Below the pieces are notes generated by a model that ran no database searches, was not told the origin of the DNA, and saw only the letters and a program-made list of their open reading frames with translations. A stretch of 64,000 nt of DNA, from assembly GCA_973895155.1 (NCBI GenBank), contig OZ316894.1, forward strand, positions 10,447,874 to 10,511,873, given 5' to 3'. This stretch comes from Marsupella aquatica (lineage: Eukaryota > Plantae > Marchantiophyta). Positions 1 through 12,816 of this stretch are shown piece by piece (positions within the stretch are counted from its first letter, which is position 1; each line of letters opens with the position of its first letter). The translations under genes and the position numbers were made by a program.

Positions 1-430
1 CCTTCCGCTCAGTGTCCAAAATTCCTGGTCATGCTCCGAAAAATTAATCACCAGGCAAGAAAGCAAATGTCAAGCCAGCGACAGAAATCCAGCAGCAGCA
101 AGCTTCCAAAGCGAAGCTCACCAAAACCAACGCTCCGCAGAAGTCCCTGATCTTTGTATTTACGTTTGACCAATTTGATCCAATGCTGTGTAAGATTCCA
201 ACTCGGACCTGTGCTGTGCAAGATCGCTCACTTGCCTGAAACTTTCACGATTCTAACGCCGACGCATTCATATGAAAGCTCTGCCCCTTGCGAATACAAT
301 GCAGCCTTAAGCACTACGAACTGTCAATCGACGAAACGGCTACGTCTTTCCTCATGCCCACGACCTTCTCACCCAAGCACTGAAATTACAAGCTCCATCG
401 TCGTCCTCCCCAGCACTTCGCAGCGCAGCC
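1..430 (-). other. Possible 5' leader/first exon(s) of a minus-strand gene running off the left edge
   Basis: GC-richer non-repetitive sequence with minus-strand donor-like sites (GCAA|GTGAGC ~231, TTG|GTGAGC ~121) and only very short ATG-initiated ORFs; no coding exon recognised. Confidence 0.25.
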
Positions 431-2266
431 TACTAGTGGGGGCTAGCTCTATCAACGGGTCTTTTAGGTGACTAAGTACATGGGAATGATTATATATGTT
501 TTTATTAACTTTCTCACGTACCCGTTCTTTTTTCTATAGTCAATATTTCCATAATCCAAAACTTTTTCTTGCTATTGTTTTCTCTTCACTGCCATTGGAT
601 CTGGCTTGGCTTTCTGTTGCCAGATCCAGAAAAGTTATTCACTCTCTTCACTGTTCACTGGATTGAGTGTTATCCAAGAATTGGTGTTAGTACAAAATCG
701 GCAGCACTAATTGTGGTGAACTTGATCTAGAGTCCAGATCGAGTAACACTAATAGGCCTTTCAAATTAGTGTCTTTCCACTTTTGCTTAAACTGCAAAAA
801 TTGAGTGATCTCGAGTCCAGATTAACATCACTTCTTGTGGATCTTTCATGTTTTTTTTCCTTCATTTTTTGTATTCTTGAGACCAAACAACACTATGTCC
901 TGTTTGCAAAATTAGTATAACACTGATTCATGGGTAAAGCCCCACATTTTATGCACATTAACACTGATTATGGTGAACATTGTAGTTATTATCCTGAGCG
1001 TTCTTATCTATTCAAAATGAACTCATGATTCTGTCTATGCTGGTGACCTTTCTGGTGTGTTATTGGATCTTTGGGTTGAGTGACCCTGCATTTTGTGTAA
1101 CTGTAGTTGGACTCCACTTCGGCTGTGGGGTAGGGGCTCTAGGTTTTGCCCAATCCGTCTCTTCAGGTCTTGTTGATCTACTTGAATAAATGACATCAAA
1201 CATTTTGGACCCACCTACTAGTTACATTTGTGCTTCAACTTCTTGTTTTGAAGCTAGACAAATCGAACTTTAGAATAGAAACTGCAGTCAGCTAAGGGCT
1301 ATGGTTTAGAATGGCAAAGCTAGCTTTAGAAATGAAGCTGCAGTCAAAAAGGGGCTGTGGTTGAGACAAAAGCCTCTAGCCCGTGAATCTAGCCAGGCAG
1401 GGGCAACAACAAAACAGATCCACGTGCACCGGAATTGAAATGAGCTTCCTTTTGTTATCACCAATTGCCTTGAGGAGATTTTCGTGTGGCTATCATTTGA
1501 GCATTCATGAACCATTTTCCAACTTTTCGAAATGAATTCAAGAGGAGATCGTGGTATAACCCCCCGGCCAGTCTGGCCCTATGGTATTGCAATTCAACAC
1601 AGCTATTACTTATAGCTTTCTCACTGATCCCACTGGTCCGCTCATTCGAAAGCAATGTACACATTCAAATTTGCAAGTGACCATCTGAGCTGTGGAATCA
1701 ATGTGCTTAAGTATAATCTTGGACGTCCAGGCAGGTCTCTCACCAGGTCATTTGTTGAATTGAAGGGCGGGGCGAAGTTGGAAAGAGGTGGGGCTGGGCT
1801 GCCGTACTTGGGATAGAGGGGAACAGTGGGGGACCAAACCGTTTTTTACTATGGTGAGCCAAGCCCACCATAGATGATCCCAGTGCTCTGTTTGGCACAC
1901 AGGTGAGAGTCCTCTCAAGTAGAGCAACGAGTTTTAGTGGTTCGCTTTTAAAATTCTAGGAAATGAGAGGAAAGTCAGAAGATACTGAACGGGTGCCTCG
2001 TGGTTCTTTACAGTAATGGAAAACCCATTGGGTGGATCTAAACGTAGCAGCTGAAACCGTCATTCAGAGTAAGAGTGACGATAAAGACAAGCTAGTGATT
2101 GAATCCAAGTACATTCAAGCACGCTGACATAAGTTTATTGAAGGTATGCAAGGTAAACAATAACAATACCCTCCAGACTCTTGTTGCCAACGTCCAGCCA
2201 ACTTAAGGGAGTACCACAGAATTCACGTTCTTACAAGTCCAGACTAGAAAAGATACATGGGCTGAT

Positions 2267-3987
2267 CTAGAGACCTCCGGTTGCCTTGAGGCCAAGGACA
2301 ATTCCTACAGCAAAGAGGTGGCCCATAGCACCGCAAGCAAGGGTGTCAGCGATGGTAAATCCAGCTGGGTCACCTGTCTGGAGACCTGATGGCCTCTCCA
2401 CAAGCTGCAATCCAGCAAGAGCCTTCTTGTTGGCCGACGGGGCAAGGCCAAATCGTCCAGCGAACAGCATCAATGTGGTGCTTCCCACCACAATCTGCAC
2501 ATATTTGAATACAGTTCGACCAAGTATCAAACCATAGATGCGTTGTGTAGCTATCTAATTACGTCGACAAATGGTTACTAAAAGGTGATACAACACAACA
2601 TTACACAAAATTACATCCAAGCTCGTTCTTATTTGCAACACGGCATCCAGTAAGTACAATCTTTCATCTTAACATGCACGTTGAAGGGAATTCGCCCCAT
2701 TCAAGACATGCGTTGGGAATTGTTCACTCAAACCAAATTGGCGACAGAATGCAGGGTACTGTCAGAAAAAGGGAAAGAACGCCGATTTTAAGAAATGCAA
2801 GACACAGATATACCCATACCAGGTTTGTGGGTGATCCGATGAAGTCGCATCTAGCACCCAAAGCTCCCTTTCCAGCAACAGACTTTGGAAGCACGGCCTG
2901 CAACAGCAAGGAAACGCTGATCAATGCAACGACTGAATGTTTGATTATTAGCACCGAAACTGGGAACACCGGGAGTTGTTCTCAACCATGCTTAAGTTCC
3001 TATTCCTCCATGTACACGAACACCTACTTCAACTCCTACGTCTAGCAATCGTAGAAGACGTCCATACCAAATCCGCCTAGGAGTTCGGCTTCAAAGTGAA
3101 TGCCTCAATAGACTGAACTGCTGCTTCTATTAAAAAATGGCCCAAGTTCGATACTGTCACTATAGTCTTGTCACGAGCCGTCTTGTACAGAGGCAAATTC
3201 ATCGTACAAATCAAGCTCAGAGGAGGTTTGTTACCGCCAAGGAGTGAGGAAGAGAGCAGGATTCCGGAATCAGGAATCAGGAATCACGCCGTTACGTCTC
3301 ATCAATGCTTTAGCCAACAGCAAACGTATCTCATAATTGACTGAGAACAGACTATCTAGTGGCACAGTATGGACGTGCTTCCCAAAGAGTTGCAAAGTAC
3401 ATGAGCAAGGAACACTCTTCTGACCTTCCAGCATCTTTACTAAGCAGGAAGAAGAACTCAAAAGTTTTCTCAAAAACGTGAGCAATCACTGGTCTTTGGG
3501 ATAGGCATGTTTCCTCGAGCTCCGCGTTCACAACAACAGTGAGTATTAGAAAATGTGAAGATTCTTGTACATTTCCTTCCTTCATTCGTATTCAATCCAA
3601 GAAACAGGAATCCAGCCAGAAATAGCTGTTACCCAAAGGGCAGTGCGCGATCAGAGCAACAGTCATTTCGCAGCTTCCTCTAGTAAGAGCCTGAGCTAGG
3701 TGCCGATAGTGAACAAACTACAGTAGGCCATGGCCTGGTTTTTTGTAACCCAGCGACCCATCAGTGCAGCAGTGCATTACTCCGAGCGAGCATGCGCACA
3801 GCACAGTAATAGAATGGAAAACAGAGGAGAAACCACGTCCCATAGAAAGAGGGAATGGTGGACGAATCAATCCACTCACCATGCTCTGGACCTTGCCGAA
3901 GTTGGTGGCAGCCTTCAGGCCATTGAACTCCCGGGCAGCAGGTGCCGCGCACACTGCAGAAGAGGCAGCGAAAGCCATGGTCGCCAT
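2267..3987 (-). CDS. PSAK: Photosystem I subunit K precursor (chloroplast), 3 exons, 137 aa
   Basis: Exons 3987-3880 (MATMAF...KVQSM, transit peptide), 2897-2820 (AVLPK...[16 protein letters not shown]), 2494-2267 ([25 protein letters not shown]...[21 protein letters not shown]...TAG). Both introns are phase-0 GT-AG. The motifs are characteristic of plant PsaK. Confidence 0.96.
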
Positions 3988-4194
3988 GACTGATGTGCTG
4001 AGGACTCGACGAATTGGTGGAGGCAGAAGAGTAATCAGAAAAAAGCTTCGCGAGTCGATGAATCGATTCCAATTCAACAATAATGTCGCACTTCTCTCTC
4101 TGTTCTCTTCTATTTCGTGTTTAGTGGACTGATGAATATGCGAAGAGCTCAATTGCCCGCGCAGGACTGGGGGGAACCACGCGACAAGATGATG

Positions 4195-4410
4195 CAGTGG
4201 ATAGCGCTTGGTTTTGCATCGAGGCTCGGGCAGCTCGGGCCGTCCATGGGCTGTGTCGAGACATCTGGGTCGCAGGTTCGATCGGAAGCGAAACTGCGCG
4301 GTTCGACGGTACTGGGCGGTCTTGTGGATAGACGTAGGACGCAGTGGAGACCGTTGATAGGAGGTGCCACGGAGGGTCAGGATAGTTGAGCAGGATTGCA
4401 TCGGATACAG
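4195..4410 (-). promoter_or_regulatory. PSAK proximal promoter with four GGATA/TATCC (MYB-related, I-box-like) motifs
   Basis: GTGGATAG ~4197 and ~4324, AGGATAG ~4379, CGGATAC ~4402, 200-420 bp upstream of the ATG. Such motifs are common in photosynthesis-gene promoters; function is inferred. Confidence 0.35.
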
Positions 4411-4504
4411 TTGGTTTTTCGTTCTTCCTTTTCCTTGGGAAATTAATTTTGTCCCACGACTACCACAAAACTGCCTGTGCATAGCTCGGGGAATTGTAGG
4501 TTTA

Positions 4505-4726
4505 AATATTCCTGTTATGACGAATGCACCTCCACCCCCCCCCCCCCCCCCCCGGCTAGCAAACATAGTCCCTAGCTAACCAAAACCCGGCTAGTAAAAC
4601 CCAATCCTGGGATGCCTAGTTTGGAATATTCCTGCTATGATGAACCCATGCACCTCCCCCCTGGCGTAGCAAACATAGTCCCTAGCTAGCCAAAACCCCG
4701 TTAGTAAAATCCAATCCTGGGATGCC
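4505..4726. repeat. Tandem duplication, 120-bp period; copy 1 has an expanded poly-C tract
   Basis: AATATTCCTG(T/C)TATGA...TAGCAAACATAGTCCCTAGCTA...AATCCTGGGATGCC starts at 4505 and again at 4625. Confidence 0.9.
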
Positions 4727-5425
4727 CTCCTTTGGCTAGCTAGCCAACTCGCTAGCCATTGAAGTGGAGTCTTAGAAATGCAGTAGAATACAAAAGAGAG
4801 CAAAAATCAAAAGACATTAAGAATCACTTGTGACTTGCTAACAATACTCTCCTTGCTTGCAACCATTGGCCTATTTCCTTGCATCCACATCATACAATAC
4901 CTTGCATTGCTCACCCAATTGCTCACTTGTGGTTTGTGACCACTTTGTCTTTGTCTTTCTGGTTGTGTAGGTACAGAAAGTATGGTTGAAGCAGAGGGAG
5001 GAGGAAGTTGAATCTGCACTGCTTGTGGGATTATTTCTTTGATGGGGAGGGTGACTACACAGGTTCATGTTGGGGCCAAGTTAAGACCCACCTGGGCCAA
5101 GAGAGGAGGGGAATCAAATGGCCGTAGTTTTGTTCTCACCCAAATGTCATTTTGTAATCAAAGAGACCCTGGGTGAGAAAAAGAGCAAGACACCTAATTA
5201 TAGAGGTTCAGATAAGATTAAAACAACCGGGTGCAAAGAGGGATAAATTGCAAATTCAAGGAGAGATCCTGGTCATCTTTTATAAATTTGATCCAGTCGT
5301 AGGTAAGATGTGTGATTAAATGCTTATCATTGTTTTGCTGGACAACCTTAGGGCACTACTCCATCAAATCTTAACATGCAAGGAGTTGAGGGCACTAACA
5401 ACAGAGTTGACGGCCATGCTATGCA

Positions 5426-5890
5426 TTGTCGTGCGCATACACATTGCTACACAACATATCGTTTGTCACACATATCCAAGCATAGTCACAATCCAATAAC
5501 ACAAACACAAGAGAATTGAGTACAAATGGAACCCATGTCCACACATGCCCAAACTCACAATAATCTTCAATGGTGCAAATCAAACAATGATTGGTGTCAA
5601 TCGAACAACGATCCCGTCCGATGCAATCACACATGTATGTCAAGCCCAATGCACCTTGTCCTTCAAGGAATCCACGTTACATGCACACAACCTGATCAGC
5701 CACACCATAGCCACCAGAGCTTGTGCTCAAAGGCTCAACATTGAAAGATGAGGCCTTTGAGCCAACACAAGCGAATAACTATCCCTCACACTAACTCAAA
5801 CTAAACACTAAGTGCTCATACAGCACACATACAAAACCCCTATACTTAGACAGTATGATATACTATACTACCACTCTAAATGGTGTGACA
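5426..5890 (-). mobile_element. LTR (probably Ty3/Gypsy-type 3' LTR); left boundary uncertain, may extend to ~4510
   Basis: Minus strand reads purine tract TAGGGAGTGGATGA (PPT-like) directly followed by TGTCAC at 5890. Segment 5426-5890 is clearly homologous to 7829-8296. Superfamily inferred only from the terminal motif. Confidence 0.6.
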
Positions 5891-6034
5891 TCATCCACTC
5901 CCTATTAGAAACTTGAGAGTTGTCCTGAAGTATCTTACGATCCAAATTTTGGACAAGATTATTGGAGACAAAGGGATGATCTCTTTGATGGCTGATGGAA
6001 CATTGCCCTTTGCCATTTGCCCTTAGATAAACTT

Positions 6035-6120
6035 TTTAAAGCATCTTTTCAACTCTGAAGACAGAAACGAGGACCAATGGTTTAAAGCATCTTTTCAACT
6101 CTGAAGACAGAAACGAGGAC
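6035..6120. repeat. Perfect 40-bp direct duplication
   Basis: TTTAAAGCATCTTTTCAACTCTGAAGACAGAAACGAGGAC at 6035-6074 and 6081-6120. Confidence 0.95.
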
Positions 6121-6274
6121 GTCTTTTGGTTTGAAAAGACGTCTGCAAAGGACAAACACTTAAAAGAAAAATGCAAACCCCAAAAACCTAGAAATAAAAT
6201 AATCATAATCATTAACTAAGATCTACCATTCCAATAGTATGATAACTAGCTTATTACTGCCCCGATGACTGTGA

Positions 6275-7005
6275 GTTGCACAAAAGATGGTGTGGCATAA
6301 AAGCTGCTGGTAAGTAAAGATGTCACTGTGTGAATGAATGTGTTGCATGAAAGTTGTCATTGTGGAAAATGTGGGGAGAAATCTAATCTAGAAAACACTC
6401 AAGTCGTGTACTTATGATTGCTCAGTTGTATTGTGGTTCCCCTCACAATTGGCTATGCCCACGAGAGTGACACAGCTTTATTATTTAACAATTATTTGTC
6501 TACATGTACGTAGAAGCATCACCATTGTTCTTCCTCTTCAGGCTTTCTTTTCTTGATATGTGTTTTGTGTTCTCTCTTGAGCACTCTCTAGTTTGTATTC
6601 TCACCATTGAGAACATGGAGAAGATAAGGAACAATCTCTTCAACTAGGGTTAGAGCAAACCCTTGTTAGCATATTGACCATAGTCTATCCCAAGACTGAC
6701 AGAGTTATTAACCTCTAAAAAATGATGTTGATGTCACTGCGCTAAATTTCTTGATGTGTAAAAGAAGATATTGTGGAAATTTGTCATTTTGCAAACGATG
6801 TCATGGAGGGAAACATGTTAATATTCTGTAACATAAGTTGTTGTGTGAAAGAGGTACTTGCAGCGTAAAAGATGTTATGTTAGAGATTATTCACAAAAAT
6901 TGTTGCATTTAAATAGGGTTTCATTGCACAAAAGATGTTCTTGCGCAAAAGATATCATGAATGAAAAGATATTGTTATGTAAAAGAAATTGTTGTGTAAA
7001 AGAGT
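6275..7005. repeat. Degenerate short-period repeat (AAAAGATGT/TGTTG-type units) interrupted by the solo LTR
   Basis: Recurrent variants of GCACAAAAGATG / GTAAAAGATGTT / GCGCAAAAGATATC on both sides of 6370-6719. Confidence 0.4.
6370..6719 (-). mobile_element. Diverged solo LTR of Copia family 1, inverted
   Basis: Collinear with the reverse complement of 11350-11673 (TGTGGGGAGAAATC...AATCTCTTCAACTAGGGTT...CCCAAGACTGA...TTAACCTCTA). No clean TSD. Confidence 0.8.
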
Positions 7006-7831
7006 TCAAAGGAAGACACTCAAACATAGGGCTAATAAGAGACTCTATTTGGGCTTTAAGAAGAAAATGTGTAAGAATGGCACACTTGACACTCTAAGAA
7101 ATTATTTCAGTTTCCTTTGCAGTCTTTGGCAAATGTCATAAACAGGAGATTGACATGGGTGGACCATGTTTGGGATTTTGTGTAACTGGTACAAAGTATT
7201 GGCCTGGGAGGCAAAAGGATGTAGGCAAAAAGTCAAGAAGGACAAATCGTCCTTGATCTTCCCTATTCCCCATTCTTCTCAATCCCTTTCCTTTTTTAAG
7301 TTTCTTTGTGCCTCCTCATGTTTTGGTTCCTTCCCAGATTTGTTTGACACTGCAAATTTGTAAGTTGACCACTGCAAAATAAAGCGGGAGTGCTTATTAT
7401 ACTTTTTAATGGTACGCATATATTGTTATAACCTTTAAGCTCTACCTGTGATTATCTAAAGTTCTAATCTGTAAAAGCTGTACCTGTATGTGATGATCTA
7501 GTAGGGAGTCTCAATACTTTGGTAGTACCAGGATAGTCTTCCCACAACTCAAGTTATGAAAACCCTCATCAAAGTTCGGCTGCCAATCTTTGGCTATCAT
7601 AAGGACAGCCCGGCACGGGCACAACACCTAACTGTAGAGGTTAACTCAGTCTTGGGTTGAACTATGGTTATTATGTTAACTAGGGTTAGAGTAAACCCTA
7701 GCTGAAGAGATTGGTCCTTATCTCTTCAACTTTTATGTGGAGTGAGAACACACAAGAGATTTCTCAAGAGAGAACAGAGTGATATAGCAAGAGATGAGAG
7801 CTTGAAGAGATGAGAGCTATGGTGATGCTTG

Positions 7832-8296
7832 TCGTGCGCATACATATCGCTACACAACATACATCGCTTGTCACATACATCCAGACATAGTCACACTGTC
7901 ACATCACAAATACAAGAGAATGGAATACAAGTGGAACTCATGTCCACACATGTCCAAAACCCACAATAATCTCCATACAATCGGCACAACGATCTCGGTC
8001 AACAATACCCCATCGATCCCGCACCGATCCGATCACACACGTATGTCAAGCCAACGCACCTTGCACTACTCAAGGAATCCACGTTACACAAGCGGAGCTC
8101 ACAGCCACCATAGCCACACTCAAGCTCCTCTCTCTCCAAGGCTCAACATTGAAAGATGACCTTTCAATGCCTCACAAGTGAGAAGTACCCTCTCACACAA
8201 ACCTGACAGAACCTTATCGGCTCCAATAGCACTCATACCAAACGTACATACTCTAATAGCACGATATACTACTACACTACTCAGAATGGAGTGACA
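7832..8296 (-). mobile_element. Nested foreign LTR fragment (same family as 5426-5890) inside the Copia element
   Basis: Begins TGTCAC on the minus strand at 8296, exactly where Copia pol coding (TDGVLTVTHGS...) resumes at 8298. The left end is truncated at the Copia 5' LTR. Confidence 0.8.
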
Positions 8297-8297
8297 A

Positions 8298-11155
8298 ACT
8301 GATGGGGTGTTAACAGTCACGCACGGATCAAATGAAGTTCTTATTGGCAAGAGGAAAAGAAACATCTATGTCTTGGAAGGCACCACCCTTCTTGCCGAAG
8401 TCAATTTGGTCACATCTCAGGAGGAGAAAATCAATTTATGGCATGCTCGGCTTGGTCACATGAGTGAAAAAAGTTTGGAAATCCTACACAAGCGATATCT
8501 CCTACCAGGATTGCAAGCATGCAAGTTGAGTTTTTGTGATCATTGCATTATCGGCAAGAAAACAAGAACTCCATTTCCGACTGCCATTCATCATTCTAAA
8601 GTTGTACTTGAGTATATTCATTCCGATGTGTGGGATCCTGCTCCAGTTTCCTCACATTCAGGCAAACAATACTATGTATCGTTTATCAATGATTATTCAA
8701 GGTTTGTTTGGATTTATTTCATTGCCCATAAGTTTGAAGTGCTTTCCATCTTCAAACAATGGTGCTTTCCATCTTCAAACAATGGGTAGCTCAAGTTGAG
8801 ACATAGACTATAAAGAATGTGAGATATCTACAATCAGATAATGGTGGTGAATACACCTCTGGCGAGTTCAACACGTATTATGCAAATAAGAGAATTACTC
8901 ACCATCTCACAACTGTGTACACTCCTGAGCAAAATGGTGTTGCTGAGCGACTCAATCGCACATTGTTGGAGCGAGCAAGGAGCATGTTGAGCCACTCTAA
9001 ATTGCCACAAATCTTTTAGGCGGAAGCTGTCAACATAGTTGCTTATCTAGTAAATCTCTCTCCTAGTCGGGAAATTACTTACAAAACCCCCTTTGAGCTA
9101 TGGCACAATCGACCTGCTGATTATTCAAAGCTTAGGGTTTTTGGTTGTGAAACATATGCACATGTTCCTAGCAACAATAGGACTAAGCTAGATCCTAGAG
9201 CCCAGAAATGCATTTTTCTTGGTTATCAGCGTGAAGTTAAAGGTTATCGGTTGTGGGATCCAGTTGATTGCAAGTTACTTGTTAGTCGGGATGTATCCTT
9301 CAATGAAGAAAAATCATTGGAGGAGGGGGAGATAGATCAATTCCCTACTACTAACAAAGAGAAATCTCCTCCTCTAGAGGATTTAAGGGGAAAGAATGTG
9401 TCAGATGAAGAATATGATGACACCACTATAAGGCAAAGCACACTACAATCAGATCAACCAGAGTCTTCAGTGCGAAGAGGAACTTGCAAACGTCAAGCCC
9501 GGGAAAGGTATGGAACTTGGCTTCCTTCTGATCAAGTGGATTTGGATGAAGAATCTATTGATGCATTGGTGACAGAAGTTGGAGATCCATCCTCATTTCA
9601 AGAGGTCCTAACTTCTATGGAGAAGCAACAGTGGTAGGCGGTGATGCGCATGGAAATGAAATCACTTCATGATAACAAGACTTGGGAATTCACAAGTCTA
9701 CCTAGTGACAAGCAGGCTGTTGACAGCAAGTGGGTGTATATGAAGAAAGATGGACCCACGAAGGATGCTGAGAAGATATTTAAGGCTCGGTTGGTAGCCA
9801 AGGGTTTTACTCAATAGAAAGATATAGACTACAATGAGGTTTTTTCACCCGTAGCAAAGTATTCAATAATACGTTTGCTATGTGCTCTTGTAGTTTTATT
9901 TGATCTGGTTTTAGATCAAATGGATGTTATCACGGTATTCTTATACGGATCGTTGGATGAGGTGATTTACATGAGGCAACCAGAGGGTTTTGTGCAAAAA
10001 GGCAAGGAAAATTTGGTATGCAGATTGCTAAAATCCTTGTATGGATTAAAGCAGAGCCCAAGGCAGCGAAACAAGCGTTTTGATGAATTTTTGAAATCGC
10101 TTGGATTTGTGCAAAACATGTACGATCCATGTGTTTACATCATGCGTGTGAACAACACAGGTTTTAAGTTTGTCATCCTTGTACTTTATGTGGATGACAT
10201 GCTCATTGCAGCAAAGGATAGGGGCGAAGTTGATAAGCTTAAGGCCCAACTTAGTTCTGAGTTTAAGATGAAGGACTTGGGCACAGCCAAGAGGATCCTA
10301 GGCATGGAGATTGTTAGGGATGTGAACAAAGCAAAACTTTGGCTGATGCAAACAAGATATGCAGAGAAGGTGCTCTCAAAATTCAATATGGCAGATGCTA
10401 AGGCTGTGAGTGTTCCTTTGGCAAGGCATTTTAATATTTCTGCAGCATTTTGTCCATCGGATGCAACAGAAAAAAGTTTGATGTCCAAAGTTCCTTATGA
10501 AAGTGCTGTGGGTAGTTTAATGTATCTCATGGTATGCACCCAACCAGACATAGCTTATGCCGTTAGCAAAGTAAGCAGATATATGGCAAATCCAGGAAAA
10601 GTTCATTGGGAATCAGTTAAATGGATTTTGCGCTACATCAAAGGTTCCACTAAGAAGGGTTTATTGTTTGATGCAAGTTCAAACAATATGAAAGTGCTTC
10701 AAGGTTATGTGGATGCAGACTACGCAGGTGATTTGGATAAGAGAACATCAACAACTGGATATGTATTTACACTTGCTGGTGGATGCATTAGTTGGAAGTC
10801 TACTCTCCAAAAGAGTGTTGCAAAGTCTACTATGGATGTCGAGTATGTAGCGGCAGCAGAAGCAGCATCAGAGACCATTTGGTTGAAAAAGCTTGTCACA
10901 AAGATGGGTTTATCACAAGAGTGTGTATATCTTCATTGTGACAGTCAAAGTGCAATTTACACTGCCAAGAATCAGGTGATGGATAGCAGGGTAAAGCACA
11001 TTGATGTCCACTATCATTTCATCCAACAGGTATTATCGGATGATGAATTTGAGCTTGTCAAGATTGATGGAAAGCTTAATCCAGCGGATGCTTTTACCAA
11101 AGTATTAGACTCCAATAGTTTTTCAAGGCATTGTAATTATTTACAAATATTGTAA
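8298..11155 (+). pseudogene. Disrupted Copia pol: GAG-pre-integrase, integrase, reverse transcriptase, RNase H
   Basis: WHARLGH...CDHC (HHCC); HSDVW, SDNGGEY, NGVAER (DDE); SLYGLKQSPR, YVDDML (RT); YVDADYAGD, CDSQSA, NPADAFTK (RH). Several in-frame stops and a frameshifting 23-bp tandem duplication at 8739-8785. Confidence 0.93.
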
Positions 11156-12179
11156 ATATAGAGTTAACCAAGAAAATATCTCTATATGAGTACTCCATCC
11201 AATGGCTTATCGGCTACGGCTTAGTTCTAGTTAACCCTTGCATTAGGGGGAGGGTCTTTTGGCCCTACTGTCTTGAACTTTCCGCGGAGGAACTTGTAAG
11301 GACAAGACAATGTTATGAACCCTCCCAAGACATGAGTCAAGGGGGAGTTTGTAGAGGTTAACTCAGTCTTGGGTTGAACTATGGTTAGTATGTTAACTAG
11401 GGTTAGAGTAAACCCTAGTTGAAGAGATTGGTCCTTATCTCTTCAACTTCTATGTGGAGTGAGAACACACACGAGAGTTCTCAAGAGAGAACACAGTGAT
11501 ATAGCAAGAGATGAGAGCTTGAAGAGATGAGAGCTATGGTGATGCTTGAGTAGACACATAACCATTAATAAAGCTTGGTCTTCCCGTGGACGTAGCCAAC
11601 CTTGAGGCGAACCACATAACTATTGAGCACGTGTATGTTTGGAGTGTTTTTCCTGATCTGATTTCTCCCCACACTAACCCATAGTTCTCTTGCAACTTTA
11701 GGTGCAAATCCAAAACTTCAGAAAGCAGGCTTGAAGTGAGGCTTGAAGGCACATGCGCATTGCACCTGACGTGGTAAGGGCTGCTACATTTGAGGTGGCG
11801 ACTGATCAAGAATGAAGAGGAAATGATGTTATATGAAATGAGACAGAGTTGAGGGTGTACTTCTTGCCTGATAGGGCAGGTCAATGCTATCTCCCCTATT
11901 TTTTAAGTTGACTCCTTAACTGGTCCCATAATTAGAGTTACAGGATGAAGCACAAATAAGTAACTCTCAGCAATGACCCACCTTTGCAACACACTGAAAG
12001 GGTGTGCCAAAGTTTAGCAATAATTAGCCCCTTAAGAATCTTATGTCTTAGCCCCCTAAGAAATTCTTAGGTTGCAAGGTAAAATATGTTTTTGGCTCCC
12101 TAAAAATACATAGTCCATAACGCTTTGCCATAAGTATTGGTCTTAATATGCCATTACCATTATTCACTCTACAAGCTGG

Positions 12180-12640
12180 TGAAAGAAAAAACAAAAAACT
12201 TTTACATAATCTTGTAAACAAATTATGACCATTTTTTATGGCCAAAGGGCATTAAGAAAAAACCAAAAAAGACTTTTACATAATATTGTGAAAAAATTAT
12301 GACCATTCTTTATGGCCAAATGCCATTAAAGAGCCACTAGCCATGACAAAAACCTCCTTCCAGAGAATTCATCATTTTTAGTAGTTTTTCCTGAAATTGT
12401 GAAGCAAAGTTTCACATCACAAGAAAGGAATGTGGAGGAATCTTGTACACTTCTCTTTTTATATGGCCAGTGGTGGTTTAATAAAAATCCCCAAAAAACC
12501 TTTCCATTAATCTTATGAAAAACATTTGTTTATGGACAAATGTACTAATTTAGGCCAGTGGGTGGATTAATAAAAAACCAAAAATACATTTACATAATCC
12601 TGTGAAAAACATTTGTTCACGGACAAATGTCTCAATTTAC
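12180..12640. repeat. AT-rich degenerate tandem repeats upstream of COX15
   Basis: Four variants of AAAAA-CTTTTACATAATCTTGTGAAAAA...TTATGG(C/A)CAAA at ~12190, 12262, 12490 and 12578. Confidence 0.7.
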
Positions 12641-12816
12641 AAGGTTTGAGACGCCCTAATGGTACACATGTGCAGTGGTGTTGTCACATTCACAGCTCCA
12701 CCTCATACTCATACACAACCAGAGAAATGGCTCAATGTCTGTGTATTAGAGACCACAGATGCAATTTCAGTGGTGCCACCAAAGAGAGCAGGTGGAGTGG
12801 TGGGACTGTGGGAGAA

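Larger units (their letters stand above)
7633..11673 (+). mobile_element. Ty1/Copia LTR retrotransposon (Tork/Tnt1-like), internally deleted, non-autonomous
   Basis: 5' LTR remnant 7633-7831 and complete 3' LTR 11350-11673 (TG...CA, 324 bp), about 6 differences in 199 bp by eye. PPT AAGGGGGAG just before 11350. Perfect 5-bp TSD CTAAC at 7628-7632 and 11674-11678. Domain order INT-RT-RH. Confidence 0.95.

Noticed and set aside
3718-4566. 282-aa minus-strand ORF
   Set aside because: Only residues from ATG 3987 to the donor at 3880 belong to PsaK; the rest is promoter, poly-G repeat and intron read-through.
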